A stretch of DNA of 64,000 nt from an uncultured Actinomycetes bacterium (GTDB lineage Bacteria > Actinomycetota > UBA4738 > HRBIN12). The translations under genes were made by a program, and so were the position numbers. Positions 1-9,932 of this stretch are shown in pieces. The notes beneath the pieces were generated by a model. That model saw nothing but the letters and a program-made list of their open reading frames with translations, searched no databases and was not told the origin of the DNA. How positions within the stretch are numbered: the stretch's first letter is position 1; every line of letters begins with the position of its first letter. The stretch covers positions 13,809 through 77,808 of the forward strand of contig CAWGUD010000041.1 of assembly GCA_963825685.1 (NCBI GenBank), read 5' to 3'.

Positions 1-2327
1 AGCAGCTCGCGGCGGACGGCCCCCAGCGCCAGGCCCTCGTCGTAGCTGCCCACGTACGTGAGCACCGGCTGGCGGTCCTCGGGCGGCGTGTCGATCGTGC
101 TCATCTCGCGGATGCCGGTGAGCGCCATCTCGAGCGTGCGCGGGATCGGCGTCGCCGTCATCGTGAGCACGTCGACGCTGGCGCGGAACTGCTTCAGGCG
201 CTCCTTGTGCGCGACCCCGAAGCGCTGCTCCTCGTCGACCACGAGCAGGCCCAGGTCCTGGAACGCCATGTCCTTGCCGAGCAGCCGGTGCGTGCCGATC
301 ACGACGTCGACCTTGCCCGCCTTCACGTCCTCGACGACCTGCTTCTGCTCGGCGTGGCTCACGAAGCGGCTGAGCATCCTCACCGTGACCGGGAACGGCG
401 CGAACCGCTCGCTGAACGTGATGAAGTGCTGCTCGGCGAGGAGCGTCGTCGGCACGAGCACGGCGACCTGCTTGCCCTCCATCACGGCCTTGAACGCCGC
501 CCGCACGGCGATCTCGGTCTTGCCGAACCCGACGTCGCCGCAGACCAGGCGATCCATCGGCTTGGGCAGCATCATGTCGGCCTTGACCTCGTCGATCGCC
601 GAGATCTGGTCGGTCGTCTCCTCGTGGGGGAAGGCGTCCTCGAGCTCCTGCTGCCACGGCGTGTCGGGGCCGAACGCGTGACCGGGCACCGAGAGACGCA
701 CCGTGTAGAGGCGCACGAGCTCGCCGGCCATGTCGCGCACGGCGCGCTTGACCTTCGCGGTCGCGCGCGCCCAGTCGCTGCCGCCCATGCGGTGCAGGCG
801 GGGGCTGTCGCCGCCGATGTACTTCGCGACCATGCCGACCGCGTCGCTCGGCACGAAGAGCTTGTCGCCGCCGGCGTACTCGAGCACGAGGTAGTCGCGC
901 TCGGCGCCGGCGAGCTCGCGGTGGGTGATGCCCGTGTACCGCCCGACCCCGTGGATCCGGTGCACGGCGAAGTCGCCCGTCTCGAGCTCGTCGGCGATCG
1001 AGTCCGTGCGCCGGCGCGTGAACCGCGGCGCCGTGCGCGTGTGCCGGCGGGCGCCGAACAGGTCCTCCTCGGTGACCACGGCCAGGCGCCCCGCCTGGAA
1101 CAGGAACCCGTCGGCGAGCGGCGACTCCACCGGCTCGACGGGCACGCCGTCGCCCAGCACCTCGCGGGCGCGCTCCAGGGAGCCGTGGCCGCGGGCCGAC
1201 AGCACGATGCGGAACCCGGCGCCGGCGAGCTCGCGCGCACGCGAGGCGAGCTCCGCGGCGTTGCCCTGCCCCGTGCCCCAGCTCGCGATGCCGAGATCGA
1301 GGCCCTCGGCGAACTCGGTGAGGTGCAGCCGCACGCGGTCACCGATCGCGTCGTCGAGCGTGTGCAGCACCCGGGCGGCGGGCCAGGCCGTCGCCTCGGC
1401 GAGCGCCTCGCCTTCCAGGTGCGCCGCCCGCGCCCGGTCGAGGGTGCGATGCGCGTGGGTGAGCACCACCCATCCGCCCTCGGGCACGAGCTCGGCCGGC
1501 GTGGGCATGCGGTCGAACAGGAACGGCGCGAGCGACTCCGCGCCCTCGACGAACAACCCGTCGGCCATGCGCGCGAGCTGGTCGGCGAAGCGCTCCGGCG
1601 CCTCGGCGGCCGCGGCGCGCGCGCGATCGCGCAGGGCGTCGTCGGGCACCAGCTCACGCGTCGCCGGCACCTCGGCGAGCGCCACCCGTTCGGTGGACAG
1701 CTGCGTCGACGGCACGAACTCCCTGATCGACTCGACCTCGTCGCCGAAGTAGTCCACGCGCACCGGGCGGCGCGCCGTGCCGGGGAAGACGTCGACCACG
1801 CCGCCCCGCACGGCGAACTCGCCGCGGTGCTCGACCACGTCGGACCGCGTGTAGCCGAGGTCGACGAGGCGTTCCGCGAGCGCGTCGGGCGGCAGATCGA
1901 GGCCGGCGACGAGCTGGAGGGCGGACGTGACGCCGAGCGTCGGGATCAGGCCCTGCATCGCCGCGAGCACCGGCGCGACCAGCACGAACGCGCCCTTGGC
2001 CTCGCGCATGCGGGCGACGGCGCTGGCACGCCGGGCCGCGACCTCGGGCGCGGGCGAGATGCCCTCGTACGGCAGGGCCTCCCACGCCGGCAGCAGCGCG
2101 ACCCGCTCGGGGCCGAGGAACGCCTCGAGATCGGCGGCGAGCGCCTCGGCCTCACGGGGGCCGGGCGCCACGGCGAGCAGGGGTGCCTCGAGCGCGGTCG
2201 CCACGCCCGCGACCACGAAGTCCTCGCCGGCCTCGGCCCTGGCCACGATCGGACGCGCACGCTCGAGCAGGAGCCGCTCGAACGGCTCGGAACGCACCAG
2301 CACATCGAGCGCGTCTCGCAGAGCCAA
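1..2327 (-). CDS. mfd: Transcription-repair coupling factor Mfd (3' end runs off the window)
   Basis: Manual minus-strand translation gives GDVGFGKTE (Walker A), DEEQRFG and VDVLTMTATPIPRTLEM. TTG start at 2327 follows a GGAGG RBS. Absent from the ORF track because it is open at the edge. Confidence 0.95.
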   Translation of the reverse strand, partial: MALRDALDVLVRSEPFERLLLERARPIVARAEAGEDFVVAGVATALEAPLLAVAPGPREAEALAADLEAFLGPERVALLPAWEALPYEGISPAPEVAARRASAVARMREAKGAFVLVAPVLAAMQGLIPTLGVTSALQLVAGLDLPPDALAERLVDLGYTRSDVVEHRGEFAVRGGVVDVFPGTARRPVRVDYFGDEVESIREFVPSTQLSTERVALAEVPATRELVPDDALRDRARAAAAEAPERFADQLARMADGLFVEGAESLAPFLFDRMPTPAELVPEGGWVVLTHAHRTLDRARAAHLEGEALAEATAWPAARVLHTLDDAIGDRVRLHLTEFAEGLDLGIASWGTGQGNAAELASRARELAGAGFRIVLSARGHGSLERAREVLGDGVPVEPVESPLADGFLFQAGRLAVVTEEDLFGARRHTRTAPRFTRRRTDSIADELETGDFAVHRIHGVGRYTGITHRELAGAERDYLVLEYAGGDKLFVPSDAVGMVAKYIGGDSPRLHRMGGSDWARATAKVKRAVRDMAGELVRLYTVRLSVPGHAFGPDTPWQQELEDAFPHEETTDQISAIDEVKADMMLPKPMDRLVCGDVGFGKTEIAVRAAFKAVMEGKQVAVLVPTTLLAEQHFITFSERFAPFPVTVRMLSRFVSHAEQKQVVEDVKAGKVDVVIGTHRLLGKDMAFQDLGLLVVDEEQRFGVAHKERLKQFRASVDVLTMTATPIPRTLEMALTGIREMSTIDTPPEDRQPVLTYVGSYDEGLALGAVRREL

Positions 2328-2364
2328 CCCGGAACCTCCCGAACAGCGACCGGACACCAAGAAC

Positions 2365-2391
2365 AGGCCTCGCCGCGTGCCGGCGGGGCCT
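2365..2391 (-). terminator. Possible intrinsic terminator downstream of pth
   Basis: Minus-strand hairpin AGGCCCCGCCG-gcacg-CGGCGAGGCCT (one mismatch) followed by GTTCTT. Confidence 0.45.
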
Positions 2392-2436
2392 TGGGAGAAG
2401 CAGTCTAGTCCTGCGGGACGCGACGCCGTGAGCCGG

Positions 2437-3015
2437 TCAGCCCTGAGGCGTCTGGCGGTTGAACCGGTCCTGGGTCGGGGTGAGCCCCTCGGCGATCAGG
2501 CTGCGCACCGCGTCGGCCGCGTGGTCGACCCAGATCGCGACGTCGGCCTCGAGCTTCTTCCCGATCGGCGTCAGCACGAAGTCCGCGGGGTCCTGACGCC
2601 CGGGCGGGCGTCCGATGCCGATGCGCACGTGCAGGAAGTCCCGGGACGCCAGCGCCTGCTGCAGCGACTTCACGCCGTTGTGGGAGCTGCCGCCGCCGAG
2701 CTTCACGCGCAGCTCGCCCGCGGGGATGTCGAGCTCGTCGTAGACCGCGATCAGCCGGTCGGGCTCGACGTGCTGCTTGTGCGCGAGGCTCGCGTACGAC
2801 GGGCCCGACTCGTTCATGAACCGCGTCGAGGCCGCGAGCAGCACGCGATCGCCGCCCTCGCGGACCTCGGCGAGCTCGACCGGCAGGAACCGCACCTTCT
2901 TGAACCGCTCGCCGTGCGCGCGCGCCAGCTCGTCGACGACCATGCGGCCGACGTTGTGCCGGGTGTTCGCGTACCGATCGCCGGGGTTGCCGAGACCGGC
3001 GACGAGCCAGGTCAT
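2437..3015 (-). CDS. pth: Peptidyl-tRNA hydrolase
   Basis: GLGNPG..Y..TRHNVG, FMNESG, HNGVKS, RIGIGRP motifs; follows rplY. Confidence 0.97.
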   Translation of the reverse strand: MTWLVAGLGNPGDRYANTRHNVGRMVVDELARAHGERFKKVRFLPVELAEVREGGDRVLLAASTRFMNESGPSYASLAHKQHVEPDRLIAVYDELDIPAGELRVKLGGGSSHNGVKSLQQALASRDFLHVRIGIGRPPGRQDPADFVLTPIGKKLEADVAIWVDHAADAVRSLIAEGLTPTQDRFNRQTPQG

Positions 3016-3030
3016 GGGAGCGGCAGGGGG

Positions 3031-3735
3031 CTAGCCCTCGCCACCCTCGCCTTCGGCAGGAGCCTCGCCGCCCTCCGCGGGAGCCTCCCCCTCGACGGCC
3101 GCCTCGGCACCTTCCTCGGCCTCGGCCACGGGCACCTCGACACCCTCCTCGCCGGGCACCGACAGGTCGGCCTCGACACGGAGCGCGGCCGGGGTCACGA
3201 CCGAGAGCACGGCGTCCTCGGGGCTCGTGAGGATCGTGACGCCCTTGGGCGTCACGAGGTCGCTCACGTGCACCATGTCGCCGAGCTCCACGTCGGTGAT
3301 GTCGACCACGATCTCGTCGGGCACGTCCTGCGGCAGGCACTCGATCTGCACCTCGCGCAGGTGGTGCTCGACCACCCCGCCTTCCTTCACGCCGGCGGCG
3401 TCGCCCGTCTCGTGGACGGGCACGTTCACGGTGATCGTCTCGGTGCGGCTCACCGCGAGGAAGTCGACGTGCACGAACTTCGAGTGGATGTGATCGCGCT
3501 GGATCTCACGCGGGATCGCCAGGTGCTCCTCGCCGTCGACCATGAGGTCGACGAGCACGTTCGATCCGGCGCTGCCGTGCAGCAGGTGGCTCAGCTCGCG
3601 GGAGTCCACGGTGAGCGGCGTCGTCTCGAGGCCCTGTCCGTAGAGCACGGCCGGGATCTTGCCGGCGGCGCGGAGCTTGCGGGCGACGCCCTTGCCGGCG
3701 TCGGAGCGACGTTCTGCGGTGAGTTTCGTGTCCAT
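3031..3735 (-). CDS. rplY: 50S ribosomal protein L25/general stress protein Ctc
   Basis: MDTKLTAERR..GKGVARKLRAAGKIPAVLYG..HVDFL, acidic tail; ATG at 3735. Confidence 0.95.
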   Translation of the reverse strand: MDTKLTAERRSDAGKGVARKLRAAGKIPAVLYGQGLETTPLTVDSRELSHLLHGSAGSNVLVDLMVDGEEHLAIPREIQRDHIHSKFVHVDFLAVSRTETITVNVPVHETGDAAGVKEGGVVEHHLREVQIECLPQDVPDEIVVDITDVELGDMVHVSDLVTPKGVTILTSPEDAVLSVVTPAALRVEADLSVPGEEGVEVPVAEAEEGAEAAVEGEAPAEGGEAPAEGEGGEG

Positions 3736-3851
3736 GGCGAAGAGGAGCCCTTCGTATCTGTGGGAGGCGGATCGGTCGTTTCGAGAACGTGGGGATGGTA
3801 CAGGAAAGCGCAGGTGGGCGGCATCGCTCCCACGTTGCGGTGCATCCGAGC

Positions 3852-3877
3852 GATACCTTCCGGCCCGACCGTGCGTC
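3852..3877 (+). promoter_or_regulatory. Possible ECF-type autoregulatory promoter
   Basis: GATACC-N16-CGTC just upstream of the ECF sigma ATG; CGTC is typical of ECF -10 elements. Confidence 0.3.
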
Positions 3878-3889
3878 TTCACTGATGAG

Positions 3890-4441
3890 ATGGCGGAAGG
3901 AACGGGATTGGGCGTCGAGGAGCGGCCCACGGAGGCATCGGAGCCCGATGTCTCGGACGGCGGGCTCGACGAGTTGTACGCGCGCCACATCGGCGCCGGC
4001 GTGCGGCTCGCGTTCCTGTTGACCGGCGATCGCCCGCACGCCGAGGACCTCGCGCAGGAGGCGTTCATCCGATGCGTCGGTCGCTTCCGGCACCTGCGGC
4101 GTCCCGACGCGTTCGAGGCGTACTTCCGCCGGGCGATCGTGAACCTGCACACGTCGGGGCTGCGTCGTCGACGCTTGGAGCGCGCATGGCTCTCGAAGGA
4201 AGGCGCCGAGTCGGCGCGACGCGTGTCGTCGCAACCCGACGTCGGAGCCCGCGAGGACCTGTGGAAGGCGCTCGCGACGCTGCCCGCTCGGCAGCGCGCG
4301 GCCCTGGTGCTCCGGTACTACGAGGACCTGTCCGAGCGCGAGACCGCCGAGGTGCTCGGGTGCTCGGTGGCGGCCGTGAAGTCGTTGGTGGCCCGCGGCG
4401 GCGGCGCCCTGCGCGAGCTGATCAGAGGTGAGGACGCATGA
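3890..4441 (+). CDS. ECF RNA polymerase sigma factor (SigE-like family)
   Basis: Region 2 (AEDLAQEAF) and region 4 (LPARQRAALVLRYYEDLSERETAEVLGCSVAAVKS). Confidence 0.92.
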   Translation: MAEGTGLGVEERPTEASEPDVSDGGLDELYARHIGAGVRLAFLLTGDRPHAEDLAQEAFIRCVGRFRHLRRPDAFEAYFRRAIVNLHTSGLRRRRLERAWLSKEGAESARRVSSQPDVGAREDLWKALATLPARQRAALVLRYYEDLSERETAEVLGCSVAAVKSLVARGGGALRELIRGEDA

Positions 4442-5982
4442 ACGACGTCGAACACGACCTGCGCGAGCTCTTCGAACGGAAGGCGTCGTCGGTGGGCGGC
4501 GTGGCGCCGAGGCTGCCCGAGCCGGTGCGGAAGCGTGGCCGACGCCGTCAGCTCGGCACCGCGTTCGTCGGCGGCGTGACGGCCCTGGCCGTCGTCGTCG
4601 GCTCCGTCGCCGCCCTCCGCGCGATCCAGACCAACGCGGACCGTGGCCAGACGCCGGTCGACGATCCCTGGGCGGGCTACGAGGTCTTCGAGCGCACGGC
4701 AACGATCGGCAACTTCACGATCTCGAGCCCGAGCGACTGGTACCTCGTGAACCAATGGCCGTGGGCTCGCACCCCTGCTGTTCGGCTGGAGCTCCGGGCC
4801 GGCAACCGCCTGACGCCGATCCTCCTCCTCAGCGACACCGATCGCGGTCTCGAGAGTTCCCCCTGTCTCGACTCCTCGTTCGCCATCGGGCCGGGCGATG
4901 CGGTCATGACGCTCGCGTTCGACAACGCGCACTTCGCCGCGAACTTCGGCGCCGGCGACCGCACGCAGTGGCCCGTGCCGTTCGATTCGTCGTCCGACGC
5001 CGAGCGCCCGTGGTGCGGACCCGGTACCTATGTGTACTTCGCCGGTGGCGACATCCCCTACGTCGCGCACTTCGCCTTCGGCGATGCGGTCCCCGACGAC
5101 GAACGACAGACCCTGATCGACGCGTTCGAGGGCATGGAGGTCGCCGACTCGCAGGAGGTCCTCATGGAGGAATCCCAACCCGACGACACCTCGGCCTACG
5201 TGATCGCCGGGGGCGAGAATGCCGCCGGCCCGTGGACGCTGGAGCTCCGCCCACAGACCGACCCGGGATCCGTCACGAACGTCCGACTCGAGCTCACGAC
5301 CGCAGAAGGAAGCGGGGCCGTCGCCGGCGGACCCTTCACGGTGGGCGAGGACCGCCCGATCGAGCAAGCCGGTGGCGATCCTGTCTTCGGCGCGGTGACG
5401 AAGGAAGCCGCAGGAGTCGAGATCAGAGGCAACGTCATGCTTCCCGGTCCCGCCGCGACGATCGTTCCGCTCCCTCCGAGCCTTCCGTTCGACTTCGATC
5501 TGTTCTTCGCTTCGCACGAGGGCGACCAGCCACCGTTCGCGGTGCCCGTCGACGGCGACGGCAACCCCATCGGCAACACGGCCGGGATCTCTGAGGGCAA
5601 CGACATGACCTTGTTCGACATCCTCGGGACCGAAGGCGCGATCATGACCGACCGTTCGACGGGCATCACCTGCTACGTGGTCTCCTCCGAGCACGGCGTC
5701 GTCGATGGCTGTGCCGACGAGATCACGCTGCAGACGATCCCGGTTCCTGAGGACCGGGGGCAGATCCTCGTGTTCTCGCACCTGGATGCGATCAAGTTGA
5801 GCGGGATCGAGCTGGACGTCGATGGGGCTGAGACGATCGCCGGGTCGAAGTGCCACGGACCGGTCTGCGTCATCGGGATCCCACCAGGGTCCGGGACAGG
5901 CACGCTGTGGCTGCTTCAGAAGGGTCAACGCGCCGACTCGGACACCATCGCGTGGACGCCCGAAGGGGTCGAACGCACCTAG
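4438..5982 (+). CDS. Putative membrane-anchored anti-sigma factor with a large extracytoplasmic domain
   Basis: ATGA overlap with the sigma gene; N-terminal 'EHDLRELF', Arg cluster, one TM, about 450 aa extracellular part. Confidence 0.7.
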   Translation: MNDVEHDLRELFERKASSVGGVAPRLPEPVRKRGRRRQLGTAFVGGVTALAVVVGSVAALRAIQTNADRGQTPVDDPWAGYEVFERTATIGNFTISSPSDWYLVNQWPWARTPAVRLELRAGNRLTPILLLSDTDRGLESSPCLDSSFAIGPGDAVMTLAFDNAHFAANFGAGDRTQWPVPFDSSSDAERPWCGPGTYVYFAGGDIPYVAHFAFGDAVPDDERQTLIDAFEGMEVADSQEVLMEESQPDDTSAYVIAGGENAAGPWTLELRPQTDPGSVTNVRLELTTAEGSGAVAGGPFTVGEDRPIEQAGGDPVFGAVTKEAAGVEIRGNVMLPGPAATIVPLPPSLPFDFDLFFASHEGDQPPFAVPVDGDGNPIGNTAGISEGNDMTLFDILGTEGAIMTDRSTGITCYVVSSEHGVVDGCADEITLQTIPVPEDRGQILVFSHLDAIKLSGIELDVDGAETIAGSKCHGPVCVIGIPPGSGTGTLWLLQKGQRADSDTIAWTPEGVERT

Positions 5983-5993
5983 TCCAGCTCAGA

Positions 5994-6975
5994 CTAGACC
6001 TGGTTCGCGCCGCCGAAGATCTCGCTCACGCTCGCGTCCTCGAACACGGCGCGCAGGCCGCTCGCGATCAGGGGGGCGATCGAGAGCACCCTGAGCTTGT
6101 CGAACTGGCGTTCCTCGGGGATCGGCAGCGTGTTCGTCACGACGACCTGCTCGATCGGGGCTTCCTCGAGCAGCTGGCGCGCCTTGCCGCTGAAGATGCC
6201 GTGCGTCGCGCCGACGAAGATCGGACCGGCGCCCATCTCCGCGAGCACGTGCACGCCCGCCGAGATCGTCGACGCGGTGTCGATCATGTCGTCGACGATC
6301 ACGCACGGCCGGCCCTCGACCTCGCCGACGACCGCCATCTCCTCGATCTTGTGCGCCTCGTGGCGGCTGCGCCGCTTGTAGAGGAACGCCAGGTCGGCGT
6401 GGAGGTACTCGCGCAGCTTCTCCGAGGTCTTGATGCGGCCCGCGTCGGGCGCCACGACGACGAGGTCGTCGCCGTGCAGGCCGAGCTCGCCCGAGAAGTG
6501 GTTCGACAGGATCGGCAGGGCGGTGAGGTGGTCGAACGGCGAGTCGAAGTAGCCCTGGATCTGACCCGAGTGCAGGTCGACGCTGACGACGCGGTCGGCG
6601 CCGGCGGTCGACGAGCAGGTCGGCGACGAGCTTCGCGCTGATCGGTTCGCGCGAGAGCGCCTTGTGGTCCTGCCGGGAGTATCCGTAGTACGGGATCACG
6701 GCGGTGATGCGCTTGGCCGACGCGCGCTTCATCGCGTCGATCATGATCAGCTGTTCCATCAGCGCCTCGTTGACGGGCTCGTAGTGGGTCTGCACCACGA
6801 ACACGTCGGCGCCGCGCACGCTCTCCTTGGCCCGGAAGTAGATCTCACCCGAGGCGAAGCGGCGCAGGTCGGACTCGCTCACCGGGATGCTCAGGCAGTC
6901 GGCGATCTCGTGGCCGAGCGCCGGGTGGATGGTGCCGGTGAACAGCATCATCCGCTTCTTGGTGATGATCTCCAC
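5994..6975 (-). CDS. prs: Ribose-phosphate pyrophosphokinase (frameshift near 6605)
   Basis: FASGE, ITAVIPYYGYSRQD in the 5' ORF; APDAG and VDDMIDT in the 3' ORF. Confidence 0.95.
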
Positions 6976-6987
6976 GGCCCGCTCCCC

Positions 6988-8425
6988 CTAGGTTGCCTTC
7001 TTCTTCCGGCTCGTCCGCCGGCGGCGCTCCGCGTCCTTGCGCTCGCGGTATCCCTCGACCGTGCGCTGCTCGCTGCGCTCGACCGCCAGCGCGCCGTCGG
7101 GCACGTCCTTGGTGATCACCGATCCTGCTCCCGTGTTGGCGTCGCGACCGATCGTCACGGGCGCCACCAGCATCGTATCCGAACCGATCCGGGCCCCGGA
7201 ACCCACCTTGGTCGTGTGCTTCGCGTAGCCGTCGTAGTTCACGGTCACCGTGCCGGCGCCGATGTTCGCCCCGTCGCCGATCTCGGCGTCGCCGAGGTAG
7301 GTGAGGTGCTTCGCCTTCGCGCCCCGGCCGAGCGTCGTGGCCTTCACCTCGACGTAGTTGCCGACCTGCGCGCCGTCGTCGAGCACCGTTCCCTCGCGCA
7401 GGCGCGCGAACGGCCCGACCTCGCAGCCGCGTCCGACGGTCGCACCCTCGAGCACCGAGAACCGCACGACCGAACCGTCGCCCACGGTCGAGGCCGACAT
7501 CGCGACCGACGGGCCGATACCGCACGCCTGGCCGATGCGCGAGCCCCGCTCGAGGAACGTGTTCGGGAAGATCACGGAGTCGGCGCCGATCTCGACGTCG
7601 ACGTCGATGTAGGTGGCGCGGGGATCGACGAGCGTCACCCCGTTCGCCATGTGTCGCGCGTTCACGCGCTCGCGCACGACGGCCTCGACCGCGGCCAGCC
7701 CGGCACGGGAGTTCAGCCCCATCGCGCCACCGGTGTCGACGGTCACGGCGTTCACCTTCTGCCCGGCGGCGAGCATCGCCGGGATCACGCGGTTCAGGTA
7801 GTACTCGCGCTGGCGGTTCTTCCGGTCGAGCAGGGGAAGCGCCGCGAACAGGTCGCGCCGGCGGAACGCGAACAGCACGATCGAGACCTCGCGGATCGCG
7901 CGGACCTCCGGGCGTGGCGTCGAGGTCCTCGACGACCTCGACGAGCCGGGATCCGCGACGCACGACCCGGCCGTAGCCACCGGGGTCGTCGAGCACGGTC
8001 GAGGCGATCGTCGCCGCGGCGTTCGACCGTCGATGCGAGGCGACGAGTCGCTTCACGTCGTCGCCCGTGACCGGGTCGTAGTCGCCGCCCATCACGAGCA
8101 CGTCGTCGACGCGGCCGACGGCCCGCTCGGCCACCTGCACGGCGTGGCCGGTGCCGAGCTGCTTGGACTGCTCGACGAAGACCGGCTTCGGGGTGAGCTT
8201 CCAGCTCGCGACTTCGGCCCGCACGTCGTCGGCGCCGTGGCCCACGACGACGATCACCTTGGTCGGCTTCGCGGCGAGCCCGGCCTGCAGCACGTGCCAC
8301 AGCGCAGGCCGTCCGCAGATCGGATGCAGCACCTTGGGAGTGACGGACTTCAGACGCTTGCCCTTGCCGGCGGCGAGCACCACCAGGGCGAGGGAACGAG
8401 GTCTGCGGTTCGTGGTCTCAGCCAA
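6988..8425 (-). CDS. glmU: Bifunctional UDP-GlcNAc pyrophosphorylase/acetyltransferase (frameshift near 7910; start may be 8470)
   Basis: LAAGKGKRLKS, QLGTGHAV, then EYYL, hexapeptide repeats, HLTYLGDA, NYDG. Confidence 0.95.
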
Positions 8426-8600
8426 CCGTCTGTCGTCCAGGGTCGAAGGCCAGTGGCGAAGGGCCGTCATGGTCCCACATCGGCCACGACGGTGACGAGA
8501 CGGGCGCGCTCGAGAGTGGGTCCGACCGGGGCACGACGCATCCTAATATCGGTAGCCTCATCTTCCGTTCCCTGGCTGGACATCACGACGAAAGAGACCG

Positions 8601-9932
8601 ATGGACCAGATCGACACGACGACGGCCGCTGGGGAACCGCCCCGACGGCGGCTCGGCCTGGATCGGCTGCGGCTTCGATTCCGCGACCCGGAGCTCGAGT
8701 CGGCCTTCCGTGCCGATCAATTCCGCCACCACCTAGGGAACATCCGCTTCGCCTTCCTGGCGGGGATCGCTCTCTGGGTCTCCTGGGGTCTGCTCCTGCG
8801 CCCCTACATCCTGGCACTCTCCGAACTGCGCCTCGACCGGATCATGCGGTGGGGCGTGTTCATCCCCATGCTGGTCGTGGGCCTCGCACTCACGTTCACG
8901 CCGTTCTTCGGCCGGATCTGGGAGTGGGTCGCGGTCGCCATCGCGACGGCGACGATCGGCTCGTGGGTGTTCTACACCTCGAACATCCAGACCCTGCCCG
9001 CCGAGTTCGGGTACGTCGGTGTCATCTTGATCACCGCCTTCACCTACACGCTGTTGCGACTGCGGTTCGTCCTGGTCTTGCTGATCACGCTGATCGGCAT
9101 CGGTGCGTACCTGCCGTACGCCTTCACCACGCAGTACGTCGCACCGGTGAGCGGCGTGCTGGCGACGCTCTACCTCGTCTCGTTCGGGTTCCTGGGCGGC
9201 CTGGCTGCGCATCGGATGGAGCGGTTCACGCGAACGCTGTTCCTGCAGGAGCGTCAGCTCGACCAGGAGCGCCTGCGATCCGACGGCCTGCTCCTGAACA
9301 TCCTGCCGCAGGTCGTCGTCGACCAGCTCAAGGTCACGCCCGGCCGGAGGATCGCGCAGGCGTTCGATCAGGTGACGGTGATCTTCGTCGACGCCGTCGG
9401 CTCGACGCAGCAGGCCGCTCGCTCGTCGCCGGACGAGTTCGCGCATGCCTTGGACGAGCTGTTCAGCCGGTTCGACGAGATCGCCGACCGGCACGGTCTC
9501 GAGAAGATCAAGACGATCGGAGACGCGTACATGGCCGTCGCCGGCGCGCCGGTCGCGATGGCCGATCATGCGGGAGCCGCCGTCGCGATGGCCGTCGACG
9601 TCATCCGAGAGGCGGGTGCGGTCCGATGGCCGTCGGGCGACCGGATCGTGGTCCACGGCGGTGTGGCCACCGGGCCGGCCGTCGCCGGCGTGATCGGGCG
9701 CAGGAAGTTCGCCTACGACCTGTGGGGCGACACGGTGAACGTCGCGAGCAGACTGGAGGAGCAGGCAGAGCCGGATGAGGTTCTGGTGTCGGAGGCGACA
9801 GCCGTTCAACTGGAGGGTCGGTACGACTTCGGGCCGACCCGGATCCTGGACCTGAAGGGCAAGGGGCGGACGCCCGCCCGGGTGCTTCTCGGCCCCAGCT
9901 CGAACGTTCCTCTCGAGGCGCCGTCGACGTGA
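8601..9932 (+). CDS. Membrane-bound class III adenylate cyclase with about 6 TM helices
   Basis: Hydrophobic N-terminal half; LLLNILP, FVDAVGST, KIKTIGDAYM, YDLWGDTVNVASRLE. Confidence 0.92.
   Translation: MDQIDTTTAAGEPPRRRLGLDRLRLRFRDPELESAFRADQFRHHLGNIRFAFLAGIALWVSWGLLLRPYILALSELRLDRIMRWGVFIPMLVVGLALTFTPFFGRIWEWVAVAIATATIGSWVFYTSNIQTLPAEFGYVGVILITAFTYTLLRLRFVLVLLITLIGIGAYLPYAFTTQYVAPVSGVLATLYLVSFGFLGGLAAHRMERFTRTLFLQERQLDQERLRSDGLLLNILPQVVVDQLKVTPGRRIAQAFDQVTVIFVDAVGSTQQAARSSPDEFAHALDELFSRFDEIADRHGLEKIKTIGDAYMAVAGAPVAMADHAGAAVAMAVDVIREAGAVRWPSGDRIVVHGGVATGPAVAGVIGRRKFAYDLWGDTVNVASRLEEQAEPDEVLVSEATAVQLEGRYDFGPTRILDLKGKGRTPARVLLGPSSNVPLEAPST

Noticed and set aside
207-2408. 733-aa plus-strand ORF and many similar long Arg/Pro-rich ORFs across the window
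   Set aside because: Antisense or off-frame shadows of real genes (here mfd), expected in high-GC DNA; no family motifs.
5979-5997. CTAGTC...GACTAG inverted repeat
   Set aside because: Largely explained by the convergent TAG stop codons of two genes.
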